In this document: positions 1 to 56,142 of the stretch, in pieces
Position numbering within the stretch: the stretch's first letter is position 1
Layout of the letters: each line of letters begins with the position of its first letter
Source of the DNA: Amoebidium appalachense
Taxonomy: Eukaryota > Protista > Ichthyosporea
Assembly (NCBI GenBank): GCA_963693365.1
Contig: CAVNZM010000001.1
Coordinates: 17,231,840 to 17,295,839, forward strand
Direction: 5' to 3'
DNA length: 64,000 nt
Notes under the pieces: model-generated
What the model saw: the letters and a program-made list of their open reading frames with translations, nothing else
Told to the model about the DNA's origin: nothing
The model's database searches: none
Made by a program: the position numbers and the translations under genes

Positions 1-158
1 AAAGGGGAGCGGGCGAGTGGGGGGGGGGGGGGGGGGGGGGGGGGGGTGCGGGGGGCGGGGGGGTGGAGGGGGGAAGGGGGGGGGGGGAGGGAGAGATGAT
101 AGAAAAGGAAGAAGTGGATCAATGGGCGGGATGCATCCACATTGGACCGTCCCCCCTC

Positions 159-191
<33 letters not shown>

Positions 192-255
192 CAGCCACCC
201 TAGCCCCCCCCCCCCCCCCCCCCACCCACCCACCCACCCGATTTGCTTTACATAA

Positions 256-316
<61 letters not shown>

Positions 317-420
317 CGCGCGTGCGTGGTGCGGTGAGGGTGCAGGTGCGTGTACATGTTTCTTCCCCTTTGTTTTTTGGGAGGAGGGGGGGAGGGGGGA
401 GGGTCGGCTCCTTACCTCAC

Positions 421-24616
<24,196 letters not shown>

Positions 24617-25500
24617 TTTGAGAGCAGTGTTCCTGTCTCACACAAGTGCATGCGCATGCATGTGTTTTGCAACAAGGATTTATTTTCATACGACTGTACT
24701 TAAGTACGGGTTCCAAAAACTATTAATAACTACCCTAAGATTGTGTCTGACTCATCGATTTCTCGCTCACCTCGTAGCTTCAAAACCTCTTCTACTAGCT
24801 AGGCACAGAACAGGGGTTTAGTCACAGTGATAGGGTGGGCACGAAACAGAAACAAAATGAGAAAAGATTTATATATGAAGCACCTTATTCAGCGAATCGT
24901 TGCAGTGACACAACCGTTGGTGAAAGTGACAGGTGTCCGGATTTTGTGGGCAGTAACGTTGACGTACTCGCCGTTTTCGAAGGTGTGGTGTTTTCATAAC
25001 GTCACATATCAACGCTTTACAGACAATATATCCGTGATGTGAACTGTACGTCATACATAACAACCTAACGGTGAAATATGAGTTTGTGTGAAGTTTGGAC
25101 ATCAACATCGCCATTGACAAAAGTATACCTAATAGGCGTTGGAGTGGCATGTTTGAGACACGTGATGCCAAATTTGAGAAAGTTTGTCATCGCGATTTGC
25201 GGGGGAATCGCGGGATTCGCGCCTTTCGCGGCGCACCGGTGAGCCACTCGATCCGCGTGACCCGTTGTTATTGGCTACACAAATCGAAATAGACTCTCCC
25301 CAGATTGAAGACATTTTCATGCATTTTGAATCCCCTGTATTTAATTTTTTGGCGTAGCCTACTGTATTTAAATTTTAAGTTATGTCGGAAATATATTAGT
25401 GGTTTTATTGTGTATTTTATATATTAGAAAATGGATGCTTAGTATTTTATGGTTTTTTGTCCAAATAGCTTGCCAACAAACCTCTTGTAAGGAAAAACCA

Positions 25501-25637
25501 CATTTGAGTGACTCGAAAGTCGTCTCTCGAGATATCTGGGATATCTCTTTATCGGGTCGACGACCGTATTCCAGTGAGCCTCCTTCTCATTTGAGTGACT
25601 CGAAAATCGTCTCTCGAGATATCTGGGATATCTCTTT
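25501..25637. repeat. Two ~50-bp direct repeats (87-bp period) containing the hairpin gagatatc-tgg-gatatctc
   Basis: catttgagtgactcgaaaRtcgtctctcgagatatctgggatatctcttt at 25501 and 25588, in the ATPase/AP4E intergenic region. Confidence 0.9.
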
Positions 25638-26078
25638 TTCGTGTCCTTCGAACATACGAACACATCATTAAAGTCATTATAAAAAAAAACCACAATCCAA
25701 ATATTAGGTAGATAGTCTATACAAGTAGGAGGAATATCTTTGTGCGAGGCTAGAGTCTGATTGGTGTATCATTTTGGAAATGTACCAAGAAAGCCTAATT
25801 TCTAAACTTTGGGATTGGCTAAACCCAAACACGAATAGATTATGAATAGATCTGTCACTGTCAGGCTGTGCCACAGCCGCTCAGTGAACGTGAGGCCGGG
25901 CTCTCGCGGAGCTCTCCCACTTTCAAAGAGGTGTAGTAAGCCGTGAAAGGGGAGGGTGGAGAGTAAGTTGTGGATGGAGGGATCGGGGCATCTGTCGTGA
26001 CAAGGTACACATTGTTGAGTGTGTGTTCTGAAAGAGTAAGTGAGAGAGTGAGTGTGTGTGTAAGGGAGAAGGTGTCTG

Positions 26079-26153
<75 letters not shown>

Positions 26154-26916
26154 CGTGTGCGCGCGTGTGTGTGTTGTTGTGTGTCTGTGTCTGGTGTTCT
26201 TGTGTGTGCGCGCGTGTTGTGCACGTGTTCCCGGGCGCACGCGTGCTAATGTCTGTGTGCGTGGGTTGGCGTGCCTGTCCACGTCTGCACGCATCCATTT
26301 TTTGAGCCTGCGATTCTGTGGGCACATGAATCCGTGCTTCTGCTTGTGCGAGCGTTGCTTAGTGTTCGTATTTGTGTACACGTGCCTATGTGTGTGTGCT
26401 GGAGTTGTGGTTGGTATGTGTGCGCGCGTTTGTTGGTCAGTGTGTTTGAAGGTGCATGGTGCACCAGCAGTAAGGTACCCGCAGTTTCAGGGTGCCTGTG
26501 GGTGCTTGTGGGCGTGTATGTGTATGTGTGTGACATTAAGGTGTGATTAGTGGTGATACCATGTAGAATTCGTTCTCGTTGCACACCTGTATGTCACGGT
26601 CGTTTGTGCATGAACACCGCCGTGGACTTGCTTACCTGTTTCCATATGTCCAATGGTGTGCGCAGGGCATATTTTCTTACGCGTGGGTGGTGTCTTCACA
26701 TCTTTTTTGCTTCATGCGTGACGTTCTGGTGCTCTTCCTATTGCACAAACAATGCGGCTCGAGATTCTGTGTGGTCGTAGAAGCCTCCTGGGTTTTGTAC
26801 TTTTGCACCCAGACATGTGGCCCAAATCCACAGAATCAACATAGGAATGGGTACCGAGGTGTGAGTGCTCTGTTTCCCTTTTTGATGAGTTAAACCCGCA
26901 GGTCGCGTAGGCCGGC

Positions 26917-45087
<18,171 letters not shown>

Positions 45088-45092
45088 TGATC

Positions 45093-45126
<34 letters not shown>

Positions 45127-46529
45127 ACCCTTCCCCAAACAACCACACGCACACACGCACGTGGCAAACCTGTCCTCTTGGGGGGTCTTGTGCCCCTGGG
45201 CAGTTTGTCAGAAAATATCGGATATGTCTTAACCTAGTGAAGCTTTTCGGTGGCTGCTATGGCGCCCCCGGCTGGGGGAGGGGGGGGGGGAGCTAGGGGG
45301 GAAAGGAGGATGCGCATGGGAAACATTTGATTCAGGTGTGCAACCTTTGGCTGTCAAGTGTATAAATTATCATAGGTGCACGTGTATAAGTAACAAAGGC
45401 CATATATCTCCATTGAAATGTAATATCCGTACGCGGTTGTATGTACATGAGGGCAAGGATGAATCACGGTGGTTGAAGGACTTGAAAAGAGTGAGTACTC
45501 CTGGTATGGCAAAAAGGGTTTTGATCGATATGATATATGAATGCGCATCTGTATGAAATGATCTAGAATACCGAGAAAGTCTGCTGTTGAATGTACGAGA
45601 TTGATTGACAATAAAATCTTGCAAACCCAATTACTCTCACATGTGGGCCTGCGGCAGTTGGCAATATACCAGACCCTGCCCCCACGACCACGAATAAAAA
45701 CCCCCCACGTGCACCTAGCCCTTCCGCGACGCCGTTTTCTTGCCTGATTGATGCAGTTTGTATCTGTATGTCATTTGCATGTTCTCAAGTGGCCAGGTAT
45801 ATAGGCCTGCCCACACTATGCTGCTTAGCGGCACACAGATATTCACGGTGTCACCGTTGTGCCATAACTAAATTTGCCTAATCACACAATGCCTAATATT
45901 AGCTGATATTAGCTCATGTGAGCCAGCTCTCTAGAGTACTCGCGATCGGCGCCCTGTCACCTGTTGCAGGGCGTCGCTTTTCACATCATGATACAAAGTA
46001 CTTTCCCCCCACCCAAACCGGTTAAATTTAACCGTTGCGATTGCACTTCTCAAGTTCCCGCAGTGCAGTTGCGCAGGATTCCTCCCAAGTGTGTGTGTGT
46101 GGGGGGGGGGGGGGGGGGGGGGGGGGAGGGGCAGAGTATAATAATAGCGCACGTACATGTAATATCGACTTTATTCAGTGCCGGCCGGTATGAATGTGTG
46201 TGCACACAGTGCCACATGCAGTGGCTGGGGCCACACCTACACCATCAGGGCATGAGGTGGGCTGTCATGGTATCCAATTAGTGTACAAAATGCCTTCAAT
46301 CAGGCCGTGCAAAGAATGGTGTGTGTGTGTGTGTGTGTATGTGTGGGGGGTCCAGGGCGGAGAGGGGGTGGAGGGGGGGAGGGTCCGGTGTGACCAATGC
46401 ATGGGTTTGTATGTTTGTGTGTCCATGTCTAAAATTATTAGCTTGGCAGGCAGTGGGTTGATGGGGTAAGAGGTGGCCCATGACACACGAGGTTAGTAGC
46501 CATTCATGGTGGTGGTGGTGGTGGTGTGT

Positions 46530-46589
<60 letters not shown>

Positions 46590-46687
46590 TTGAATGCGGA
46601 ACACGGTACGAAGTACGCATACACGAAGGAAACATGCAAAGGCAAACATTCAAGTATGCAACATCAGCCATGCGCACAGTATGCGTC
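46590..46687. mobile_element. Dispersed truncated copy (~98 bp, internal deletion) of the 453-bp unit
   Basis: ttgaatgcggaacacggtacgaagtacgcatacacga...aacatgcaaaggcaaacattcaagtatgcaacatcagccatgcgcacagtatgcgtc, directly after a long poly-G run. Confidence 0.93.
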
Positions 46688-47781
46688 TGGGGGGGAGGGG
46701 AGGGGGATGGGTTATGCCTGAGAACTTGTACGTGCATGTGTGTATGTTGGTTGTAGAAGCAACCCAAGGGAAAGAAGGGTGGGAGAAGGAACACGCAGTG
46801 AGCAACAGGCGGAGGGCGGCGGCGCCCAAAGGGGGGGGGGGGGGGGGGGGGGGGGGAGAAGGCCAAGTGGCTCAGAGAAGACTAGAAATCAAAGAAAACA
46901 CCTACAGGCAAGGACCGGGGGGGGGGGGGGGGGGGATGGGGGATCGGCTGGTGCAAACAACAAAGCAAGTGAAGAAAGCGGTGTGACAACCCGGTGTCAA
47001 TGAAGTGATGGACTAACGGGGGTGATTGGATCCGAACGATGTGAGGAGCTCCCGGATAGAAGCAACTCGTTAGCGGATAGAAAGAGCTTGTTAGGGTTGC
47101 TGGGAGGTGTCAGCTCTGACACAAGAAATGGGATCAATAAAGGTGGCAACGCTAAGGGAAAATAAACATCGGACACCCAAGGACCAGGAAGGCGGGGGGA
47201 GGGGGGGGGCTTAGGGGGGTCCAAGACGAAACAAGGAGGTAAAGGGGATGCATGGTGGTGGCGTGTGCAGAGTCGCTGGGGCTTCCGCACATTTGGTGTG
47301 TGTGTCCGGAGGGGGGGAGGGGGGTCAAACTCTTACCGCCATTTGTGGGGGTGTCAGTGTGTGTGCGCGCCCGCGGGGGGGGGGGGGGGGGGGGGGGGAC
47401 GTTCAGGGTTTCAAGAGAAACACATCAGGAGCATTTCTAGAGAGACATGGGGGGTGGGGGGGATGACGAGGGGTAATGGATAGATGAATATGGAGGGGAA
47501 GGAGGAAAGAGGGTTCAGAATGCTGTACACAAATACATAACAAAATACACCGCCCAGAGCTATGACATGCAGGAACAAGCACATGAACAGAATGCAACAT
47601 AAGCACAGAACTATCCCCTTCTCGGATTGGGGGGGGGGGGGAAGGGGGGGGGGAGGGGGGAGGGGGGTTGGAGGGGCGGGGAATCCGGATCAACGAAAGC
47701 ACAGGAGGAATGGAGATAATGAGAGCTCTGATGTCACGTGGCTGGGTCCAGTAGGTGGGCATGATGCACTACCTCACCGGT

Positions 47782-47812
<31 letters not shown>

Positions 47813-48476
47813 CGAGGGGGGGGGGAGGGCGGGAGAGAGAGAGGGAGAGAAGGAGATAGAGAGAAAGATAGAGAGAGGTCTCAACAAAGGTGCAGCCGCG
47901 GATTCTTCACTGCAGCATGAGGCCTGAGCCTTTCACAAAAGAAACAAGCAGAATACTCCTAAGTAGGTGAGGAGGAGAGGAGTGGTAGGGGGATATATTG
48001 AAGTGAGGATGGTGTGGAGGAGAGAAGAGGGGGGGGAGGGGGGGGGAGAGGGAGGGGAGGGAGGGAGGGGGCGGGAGAGAGAGATGGGCGGGGGGGGGGG
48101 GGGGGGGGGGGGGAGGGGGAGAGAGAGAGAGAGAGAGACGGGGAGGGATGGTCAATCACAGATGGGCCGAGGGTAGGCTTTCCTTGGTTAGGAGGACAGA
48201 TGAGTGGGAGATCGGGGAGGGAGGGGGGAGGGGGGGAGGGGGGATTCATGGGTTAGAAGGTAGAGAAAGGAAATATAAAAGTAGATTAATTTTACCGAAA
48301 ATGACCAGAACCAAAGCGGCAAAAAAAAACCAAGTGGACTGAACATGCAATACAGGCATGCCACACTTGAGCAGGCCCACCATCAGAACCCATTGCCCCT
48401 CATGAAGTAACTGGTCAGGAGGGAGTCTCAGAGGGCGCTTTTGGGGGGGAGGGAAGCGGAGGGGAGGACCTAAGTA

Positions 48477-48513
<37 letters not shown>

Positions 48514-50169
48514 GAGAGAGATAGAAAGAGGGGAGAGGGGGGAGCGAGAGAAGGAGAGGGGGAGAGAGAGAGTGAGAGAGAGAGAGAGAAAGCAACAAGC
48601 GACTCCCTTGGGTCAAAGAGGGCATAACAGAGGACGTAACCCGCCACGGCACTGGAAAATGGAGGGTTATAAATCTAAACCAAACGGAACGAATCAGAGA
48701 TGGAAGGAGCACATCTCTAGAGATGGAAGGTGGAAGGGGAGGGCCGAAAGGCCCAGGTGAATTAAAAACCATGTTGCAAACTCGTGGTCGACGAGGAGCT
48801 TTAACTTACCTATTCATACAGCTGGCGAGATATATGTGACTTTGCTGGACATGTCCAAGCTACGGCGAACGAAAAACGCCGATTTTCGCCCCGAATACTG
48901 AACCAGAGCTAAGGTGGTCATACCGAGACTACCGAGTCTAACAAGATCTGAGGTGGAGTATGGGATGGAAAGCTCTTCCTCTCCAAGCTACAGTATCGGC
49001 AGCCTAAAACCTTAACTTCTTTTCTGGCAGCAGGAAAGAAGAACGTGGTGTAGGGACACTAACTGGTAAGTAGGAAAGAAGTTGGCACCGTTGTCACAGC
49101 CTATGTGTGCCACCGGGCTGGAACCTTTGGCTGCGACCCTATGTGTAAGGACGAAAGGGACCTGGCAAAAAGGATTGACAAACTGTGAGAAGAACTAGAT
49201 AGATGGAAAACCCCTATCCACTCGACCACCGACGAACATAAAGAAAGAAAGAAACAAAAACAAAATGAACGTGGAGTGCCCAAAAGGAAAAAGTTGCTCC
49301 TTTGTTTTTTGTATGGCTCTCGAAACGCCTGGAAACGTGATTGGAGCCCGCCATTCTTTTACCCCCGACCAATCAAATTACACTCTAGGCTTATAGTTAT
49401 TTTTATTGGTTGTTGGGATTTTGCTATATATGGTAGGTACTGGAGGAGAGTAAACCATGGGACCTTGGAGGGACATTTATAAGACATATTAGATACTTCA
49501 AAAGATTGATTATAGTCAAACAAAGCGGGATTTTATCTATTAAGATATTCAAGAAGGTTTTTATAACCGTTCATGCGAGCGTTTAGACAGAGCAGCAACA
49601 AGTACCTTTTGGGGGTTCCCAGGGCCACGCGGCATGCCATCGGTTCACGAAAATGTTGCGGTGTGCAGTGCATCCTGATTGGCTAGACCCTCGTACTAAC
49701 CTTCTGCTCACTGGAAAAAGCCTTTCTGGAAGGCGCATTGTGGGACATCGTTCATTTGTTTATTAGTTTTATAACTAGCTTACACAAAAAGTTGATACCA
49801 TAACCCATTTCTTTATGCCATCTATTGTACATTAACTGTTGAGAGAGTCTTCCACCGACCCTGAGTCTCCGCCCTTTGGGCTAAGATCCGGGCCTTGCTC
49901 GAAAATAATTCACGCCCACCAATCAAAACTTCGCTGGTGCCTGGGGCTGTTTGGTTGGCTGACACCGTCTTCTGGCTTACTCATATAACGCAGTAGGCCC
50001 AGCAGCATAATAAACCTGCCTGCTCGCCCTTCTCTCTTTATTTTATGACTACAGAAATAATATACTAAATTTTAAACCTTTTTACACTCCATATCCTTTG
50101 CAAGGGACACAGTCGCTGTGTCAGCAGACACAGTCTGACACAGACTTGCATGGTACTATATAGTCCTTT

Positions 50170-50327
50170 GATTGGCTTTGCATCATGAAGTATAGATTTC
50201 CGGGCACTTCGCTGGACTCCATATTAGGTAGGTACTGTGCGCGTCTGGCACGGCTATAAAACCACGAGGCGCCCCACCATTCCACCAAGAAATAATCCTC
50301 GACGTTTCGGTTGAGCCACTTTCACAG
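50170..50327 (+). promoter_or_regulatory. Putative MDH promoter (reverse CCAAT, TATA) and non-coding first exon
   Basis: gattggct at ~50170, ctataaaa at ~50254, candidate donor cag|gtgtgt at 50328 and acceptor tgcag ending at 50663, 5 nt before the ATG. Motif-level evidence only. Confidence 0.45.
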
Positions 50328-50668
50328 GTGTGTGAAGTTTGGCCCACTCCCTTTTATGCCGGAGAGTGTTTCAGCTCTTGTGACATATCTGCGTATTCTA
50401 GACCCCTTCAGAACTGCTGCAACGCTAGATTGCCGTCTTTTACCCTTCTTTTATGGCAGGGTTTGTTTCCCTCATTGTATAGCGCAATCTTTCTCTTAGA
50501 TGTCGACTTCTCCCTCCCTTTCCCCGTTCTCCTGCACTTCCCCCCTTCTTTCCTGTGGTTGAGTGGGGTAGGTATTTTGAAGCCGTTTGTGAACATGAAA
50601 GAAATTCTGTATGCGGAGTGACAAAGGTTCCTCTTGTTCTAACTTCTGCCCTTCACCATGCAGACAAA

Positions 50669-52232
50669 ATGGGATACAAGGTCGCAGTTGTTGGTGCCGC
50701 CGGCGGTATTGGCCAGCCCCTCTCTCTGCTCATGAAGCTCAACCCCAACGTCAGTGAGCTCGCCCTCTTTGATGTTGCCCCCCTGGTTGCTGGTGTGGCT
50801 GCCGATGTGAGCCACATCAACACCCCCGCTAAGGTGAGGCCTGTTTATGTTGTTGCAGGCACTGCTGGGTGTATAAGGCTTGTCAGAAGGCCAGACCTGG
50901 GTCGCAAAGGAAAGGAAGGGGAAAGGGTGGGGCAAGGAAGTAAGAATAGTGTGTGGACTTGACGATATTTTGTCTCGATGTCACCTGGAGGGTGTGTGAG
51001 TGAGGGGGGGGGGGGGGAGGAGAGTTAGGAGGGACTGAGGGGGAGGAAGGTAAATGGTGATGCCGGCACGGCTTTAGAGGACAGAAAGCCTGGGCACAGT
51101 AACTCACGACTGTCCTTCTCTCCAGGTCACCAGCGGCTGTGGCAACGACGAGATCCGCAACGTGCTTAAGGGTGCCGATGTTGTCATCATCCCCGCTGGT
51201 GTCCCCCGCAAGCCCGGCATGACCCGTGACGATCTGTTCAACATCAACGCCGGCATCGTCTACTCTATTGCCGAGGCTGTTGCCGATGCTTGCCCCAAGG
51301 CTCTGGTTGGCATCATCTCCAACCCCGTCAACTCCACCGTTCCCATCTTCAACGAGGTCATGAAGGCCAAGGGTGCCTTCGACCCCAAGCGCGTCTTCGG
51401 TATCTCCACCCTGGACATTGTCCGTGCCGACGCCTTCGTGTCCGAGCTTAAGGGCCTTGACGTCTACAAGACCAACGTCCCCGTGATCGGTGGCCACTCC
51501 GGCAACACCATCATCCCCCTTCTGTCCCAGGTTAGTCTCCTTTACACCCGTCAACCTCTGATGACATTTCTACATTTGCCTTTCCTCGGTTCTGTTGCTA
51601 GCCCTCCCCCCCCCCCCCCCCCCCCTACCGGCAGTAACCATGAACCTGCACCACACGACCGGACCCCTCTCCCCGCCCCTCCCCCCCTTATTTAAAACGA
51701 ACTCAAACATGGACACAACTTGCAAACCCCCCCCCCCCCCCCCGGTGGACAAGTACAACCGGTTCCCGTCCCCTTGTGCCCCTTGACCCCACCTTTTCTC
51801 TTTTTATACCAACCCAGACCACTCACTCCAACCCACCCGCAGGTGCCCGCCAACTTCACCGAGGAGGAGATCAAGGCCCTCACGCCCCGCATCCAGGACG
51901 CTGGTACCGAGGTCGTTAAGGCCAAGGCCGGTGCTGGCTCTGCCACCCTGTCCATGGCCCACGCCGGTGCCCACTTTGCCAACGCCCTCCTGCGCGCTCT
52001 GAGCGGCGAGAAGGATGTTGTCGAGTGCACGTACGTGCTCTCCTCCGTCCAGCCCGAGGTCACCTACTTCTCCTCCCCCGTCCTTCTTGGGCCTAACGGT
52101 GCCGAGGAGATCCGCGGCTACGGCAAAATCTCCGCATACGAGGAGGAGCTTATTAAGATTGCCATCCCGGGCCTGCAGGAGAACATTAAGGCCGGCACTG
52201 ACTTCGTTGCTAAGAAGCTGTCTGGCGCATAA
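50669..52232 (+). CDS. MDH: NAD-dependent malate dehydrogenase, mitochondrial/glyoxysomal/proteobacterial (MDH2) type, 319 aa, 3 coding exons
   Basis: Exons 50669-50833, 51126-51530, 51843-52232 (all GT-AG, phase 0). Motifs [96 protein letters not shown]; strong GC3 codon bias. Confidence 0.98.
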
Positions 52233-53224
52233 ATTTGCCAGTAGTGAATGCGCTCAAGCATAAAGAATGTAAAAGGATTCTTGTTGTGTTGGGCTGTATT
52301 GCACACATGTTGAAATACATACGCTGTCCTCATGCCTGTTTATAATGGGCAGTGTGTTGAGGCGGCTGCATGAAAAAAACGCTATGGCAAGTGTTGTTTA
52401 GTATTAGGTACGAACAATAACAGTGCCAAATTTTCGGATGTAGGATATTGGTATATGAAAAAGGATGCGGTTGGCTATTGTTGGCCATAGCATCATGAAT
52501 ACTTCGAAATAAAATACTCGCCCCGTAGGGATTGTCTCCTTTTTTTCAGCGTCGGCACAGGTGCAACCATTCTTGCCCCCCCTCCAGTGTCAAAATAATG
52601 GAATTCTCTCATTCTCTGATCATGTTCTTTCTCTGTCTATTCCCCCTTTTTACGTGTGGCACTGCACACGAAAGAACTCGTGCACTGTACATGCATGCCG
52701 TGGTATGGCGCAAGTTCCCTCTCCCTTTCTCTTCTCTCCTCTCCTCTTCTCTCCCCCTCTGCCTTGGAAGGATCTCTGCACATCCCCCCCACCCGCCTCC
52801 CTCCCCCCCCACAAATAAAAAAGTCACTTTGAGTGACTGTTTTCCTGCGGCCCGGCTCAAAATACCTTGTATGTTGCCGCAGCGTAGCAGGGCCCAGCCC
52901 CTTACGTAAGCCAGCGGGTACAAAACCTTGGAGACTACCCCCCCCCCCCCCCCCCATAATGATGATTCTTCCCTGTTTCCCTCTCTATCTCTATTTACAT
53001 TATCCTAACTCTCTCTTTTTGTAGAACTTTCTCTCCCACCCCCCCCTCTCTCTCTCTCGCTGCTTCTCGCTCTCCCTCTCTCCCCCCCCCTGTTTCACCC
53101 TCTCCCACTCGGGCCCTCTCTCTCCCCTCTCTGCCCTCCCCTGGGCCGACAACCCCCCCCTCCCCCCCGCTCCCCTCTCTCTCGCTCCCCGGCTCTCGGC
53201 CCATCCCCACCCGCTCTCTTGCGT

Positions 53225-53272
<48 letters not shown>

Positions 53273-53657
53273 CCCCCCCCCCTCTCTCCCCCCCCCTTCC
53301 CCCCCTTCCTCACTCTTTTCGATCTCACTCTCTCGCCTCTCTCACTCTGTGACCTCGATCCCAAGTGCTACTCCCTCTCTCTTCTCCCTCCTCCCCCTCC
53401 CCCTCCCCCTCCCCCCTCCCCCCCCTCCCCCCTTTTTTCAATGGCCCTCCCCTTCCCGGGAGCCCCCCCCCCCCCCCTCCCCCCGCCCCCCCCGGGGGTC
53501 CAACAAAGTTTCTGCCCGCCACCCCCCCCCCCACCCCCCTTCTCTTCCCACTCTTTCTCCCTCTCCCTCCCCCGGAGTCCCTCCCTCCCTCCCTCAAAGT
53601 CTCTCCCTCTAAGACTCTCATGAATCTCGCTCTCTCCCCTTCCCCCCCCCCCTTCCC

Positions 53658-53695
<38 letters not shown>

Positions 53696-53697
53696 CC

Positions 53698-53768
<71 letters not shown>

Positions 53769-54750
53769 CCCCCCCCCCCCCCCCCCCCCTCCCCTCTCTC
53801 TCTCTCTCTCTCTTTCTCCCCTCCTCCTTCCTTCCTCCCCCCAGGCCCCCTTCACTCTTTTACACTCTCCAAATTAATACATAGTGCATCATGTTGACCG
53901 TGAGGTGCTGCATACAGGTACTGGTGCATGCATATCATATATGGCATTGCATAGCCAAAAACGTTGACAACAGCAACACAACTCACAAAATAACACACGT
54001 GTGCGCGCGCTTACATACACACGCTCGCACACACGCACACAGCTACACGCACACATACGGCATCACTACCCATACAGGATGCGGTACGTTTTCATTATCT
54101 TGCGTGCACGAGCGCCATGGCCACACGATGCAAAGCTTTAAGCTCAGTCGGAACGACATCGCCCTTGCACACATGTACGGTCATATTCAGGCGAATGAGT
54201 GCATATTACAGTGTGTGCGTGCATTATAGTTATAAGTGCTGGGCCGGTGAGAAAAACATGCTAATTACAATGTTGTAGCCGGCTCCCCTGTACATACGGC
54301 AGTCCGGGACAGCTGTCCGGCCGCTCAGTGTGCAGTGGGGAACTCGATCGGATTTCGAATTCCGATGATGACCGCCTAGATCTATTGTTTTCTATTGCCA
54401 CTGCAGCCAATCATGTTATGCAAGCCTTTTTTATTCGAGAGGGGTAAACGGTAAGCAAAAGTAGCCTTCCACGGTCAAAAGGGGACCTGAAACGAAAGCC
54501 TGTAGAGTACATAGCAGATACTTGCGCCACACAAGCTCCTTAATATGTATATTTCATATATTAAGGTTACTTATTTCGGCGCCGAGTCCTCAGAAGAGCT
54601 CTATTTCAAGGGGCTAAATCGAGCCTAATGTGGCCTTAGGGCCGTGATTCGCCATTGATCCCGATGACGATTCACCACACATATTTTACCCCTCTTCCAT
54701 GTTTACTGACAGCCGGGCATATCAAGAGCAGAATCAAGAGCACTCACCAT

Positions 54751-54811
54751 CAAGGCCTCCTAAATAGCCACACCAAGGCCTCCTAAATAGCATACTATTT
54801 AGGAGGCCTTG
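54751..54811. mobile_element. 61-bp micro-MITE with 17-bp perfect TIRs and 8-bp TSD (P-element- or hAT-like)
   Basis: TIR caaggcctcctaaatag / ctatttaggaggccttg; TSD ctcaccat at 54743-54750 and 54812-54819; an internal second copy of the left TIR. Confidence 0.85.
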
Positions 54812-55299
54812 CTCACCATGCATACCAAGGACAGTCTTCACACAAAAGCACTCACTACGTTTTAAGTTAGGCACGCTAAGTGAATGATCCTAGGCTGGGA
54901 CATGTAAAATACGAGACTGTATAGACTATATTAGTATATATGCGTGCCGCAGGATATATATTGAGCATCACAGTCTTGTAGATTAGGCAATGGGAGGGCA
55001 CCTTTCGAGTGTGTGAACATCCTTTGACAATAAGAAGTGAGCCGAGCGATTCACCAGTTGGTCACCTTGGACAAACACTGTGTTGTTACCTTGCGGTCAA
55101 GTCAAGACACTTGTTTTTCACACTAAAGCGCAAACATCGCTCGAGCCTTAACGATGTTCTGATTTTGGATGTCGTCTGTGATCTCAGCTTTCCGTTCCAA
55201 ATAGCATGATCTAGGCTGATGCAAGCACCCCACCCCTGGCTTGTTTTATTCTTGGTGTCACGCAAATTGCGAGTGTCTTTTGCTTTATTTGGAGGCAAT

Positions 55300-56073
55300 A
55301 TGAATCATCATAATCTGGAGAAAAGGAAACCAACGGGCGTTCCTTCCTTGTCTAGCAACTTTCGCAAAGTCAACCATCCTGCGAATGACCCACTGATGGA
55401 ATCGGAGCCGCAGATTAACACTTCACACCTACACGTATTCAAAAAAACGCAGTCACTTGCACAGTCAGTAGCAGTCACTATATTCACATTGCCATGCACG
55501 GTCAGCGTGTTGTTCATGCTAGCGGCGGGGATAGTGTTGCGAGATGAGATGGTATGGTGGCAAGGCGACTGGGGAGCCTTCTCGGGGGGCCGGTGTGAAT
55601 ATTCCACCGAGACTGGACTGCTACGAGAAATCATCAACAGCACTACTAACTGGGGATTTTTCTTTGCCGGTGGGTTTTCTTTTATCTCTCTATTTTCTTC
55701 CTTTATATATGCCTGAGCCGATACAAAACCAAATGCTCAGCCACACCACACAACCCTGAGGCTCATGGTTTGGGCACACACGTTTAGTCGCCCCTGCATA
55801 TATGCATTAATAGTAGTCCCCACGAATACATATGGACACATACTCACACACAGACGCACAACTAAGCACACCGTACTTGGCCGCGCACACACACAACACA
55901 CACTCAAGCACAGACTCACGAGCATGTGCGTGCACACGCACACACATACGCACGCATACGAGCGCGCACACACACAACGCTAGCCTAACTCTAGCATGCA
56001 CGTAAGTGCACACACACCAAGTTATACACACACACTCTCTCTCTCTCTACACACAACGGTTGGAAAACACACG

Positions 56074-56142
<69 letters not shown>

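Noticed and set aside
25501-25637. Mini CRISPR array
   Set aside because: Only two 50-bp repeats, eukaryotic context, no cas genes.
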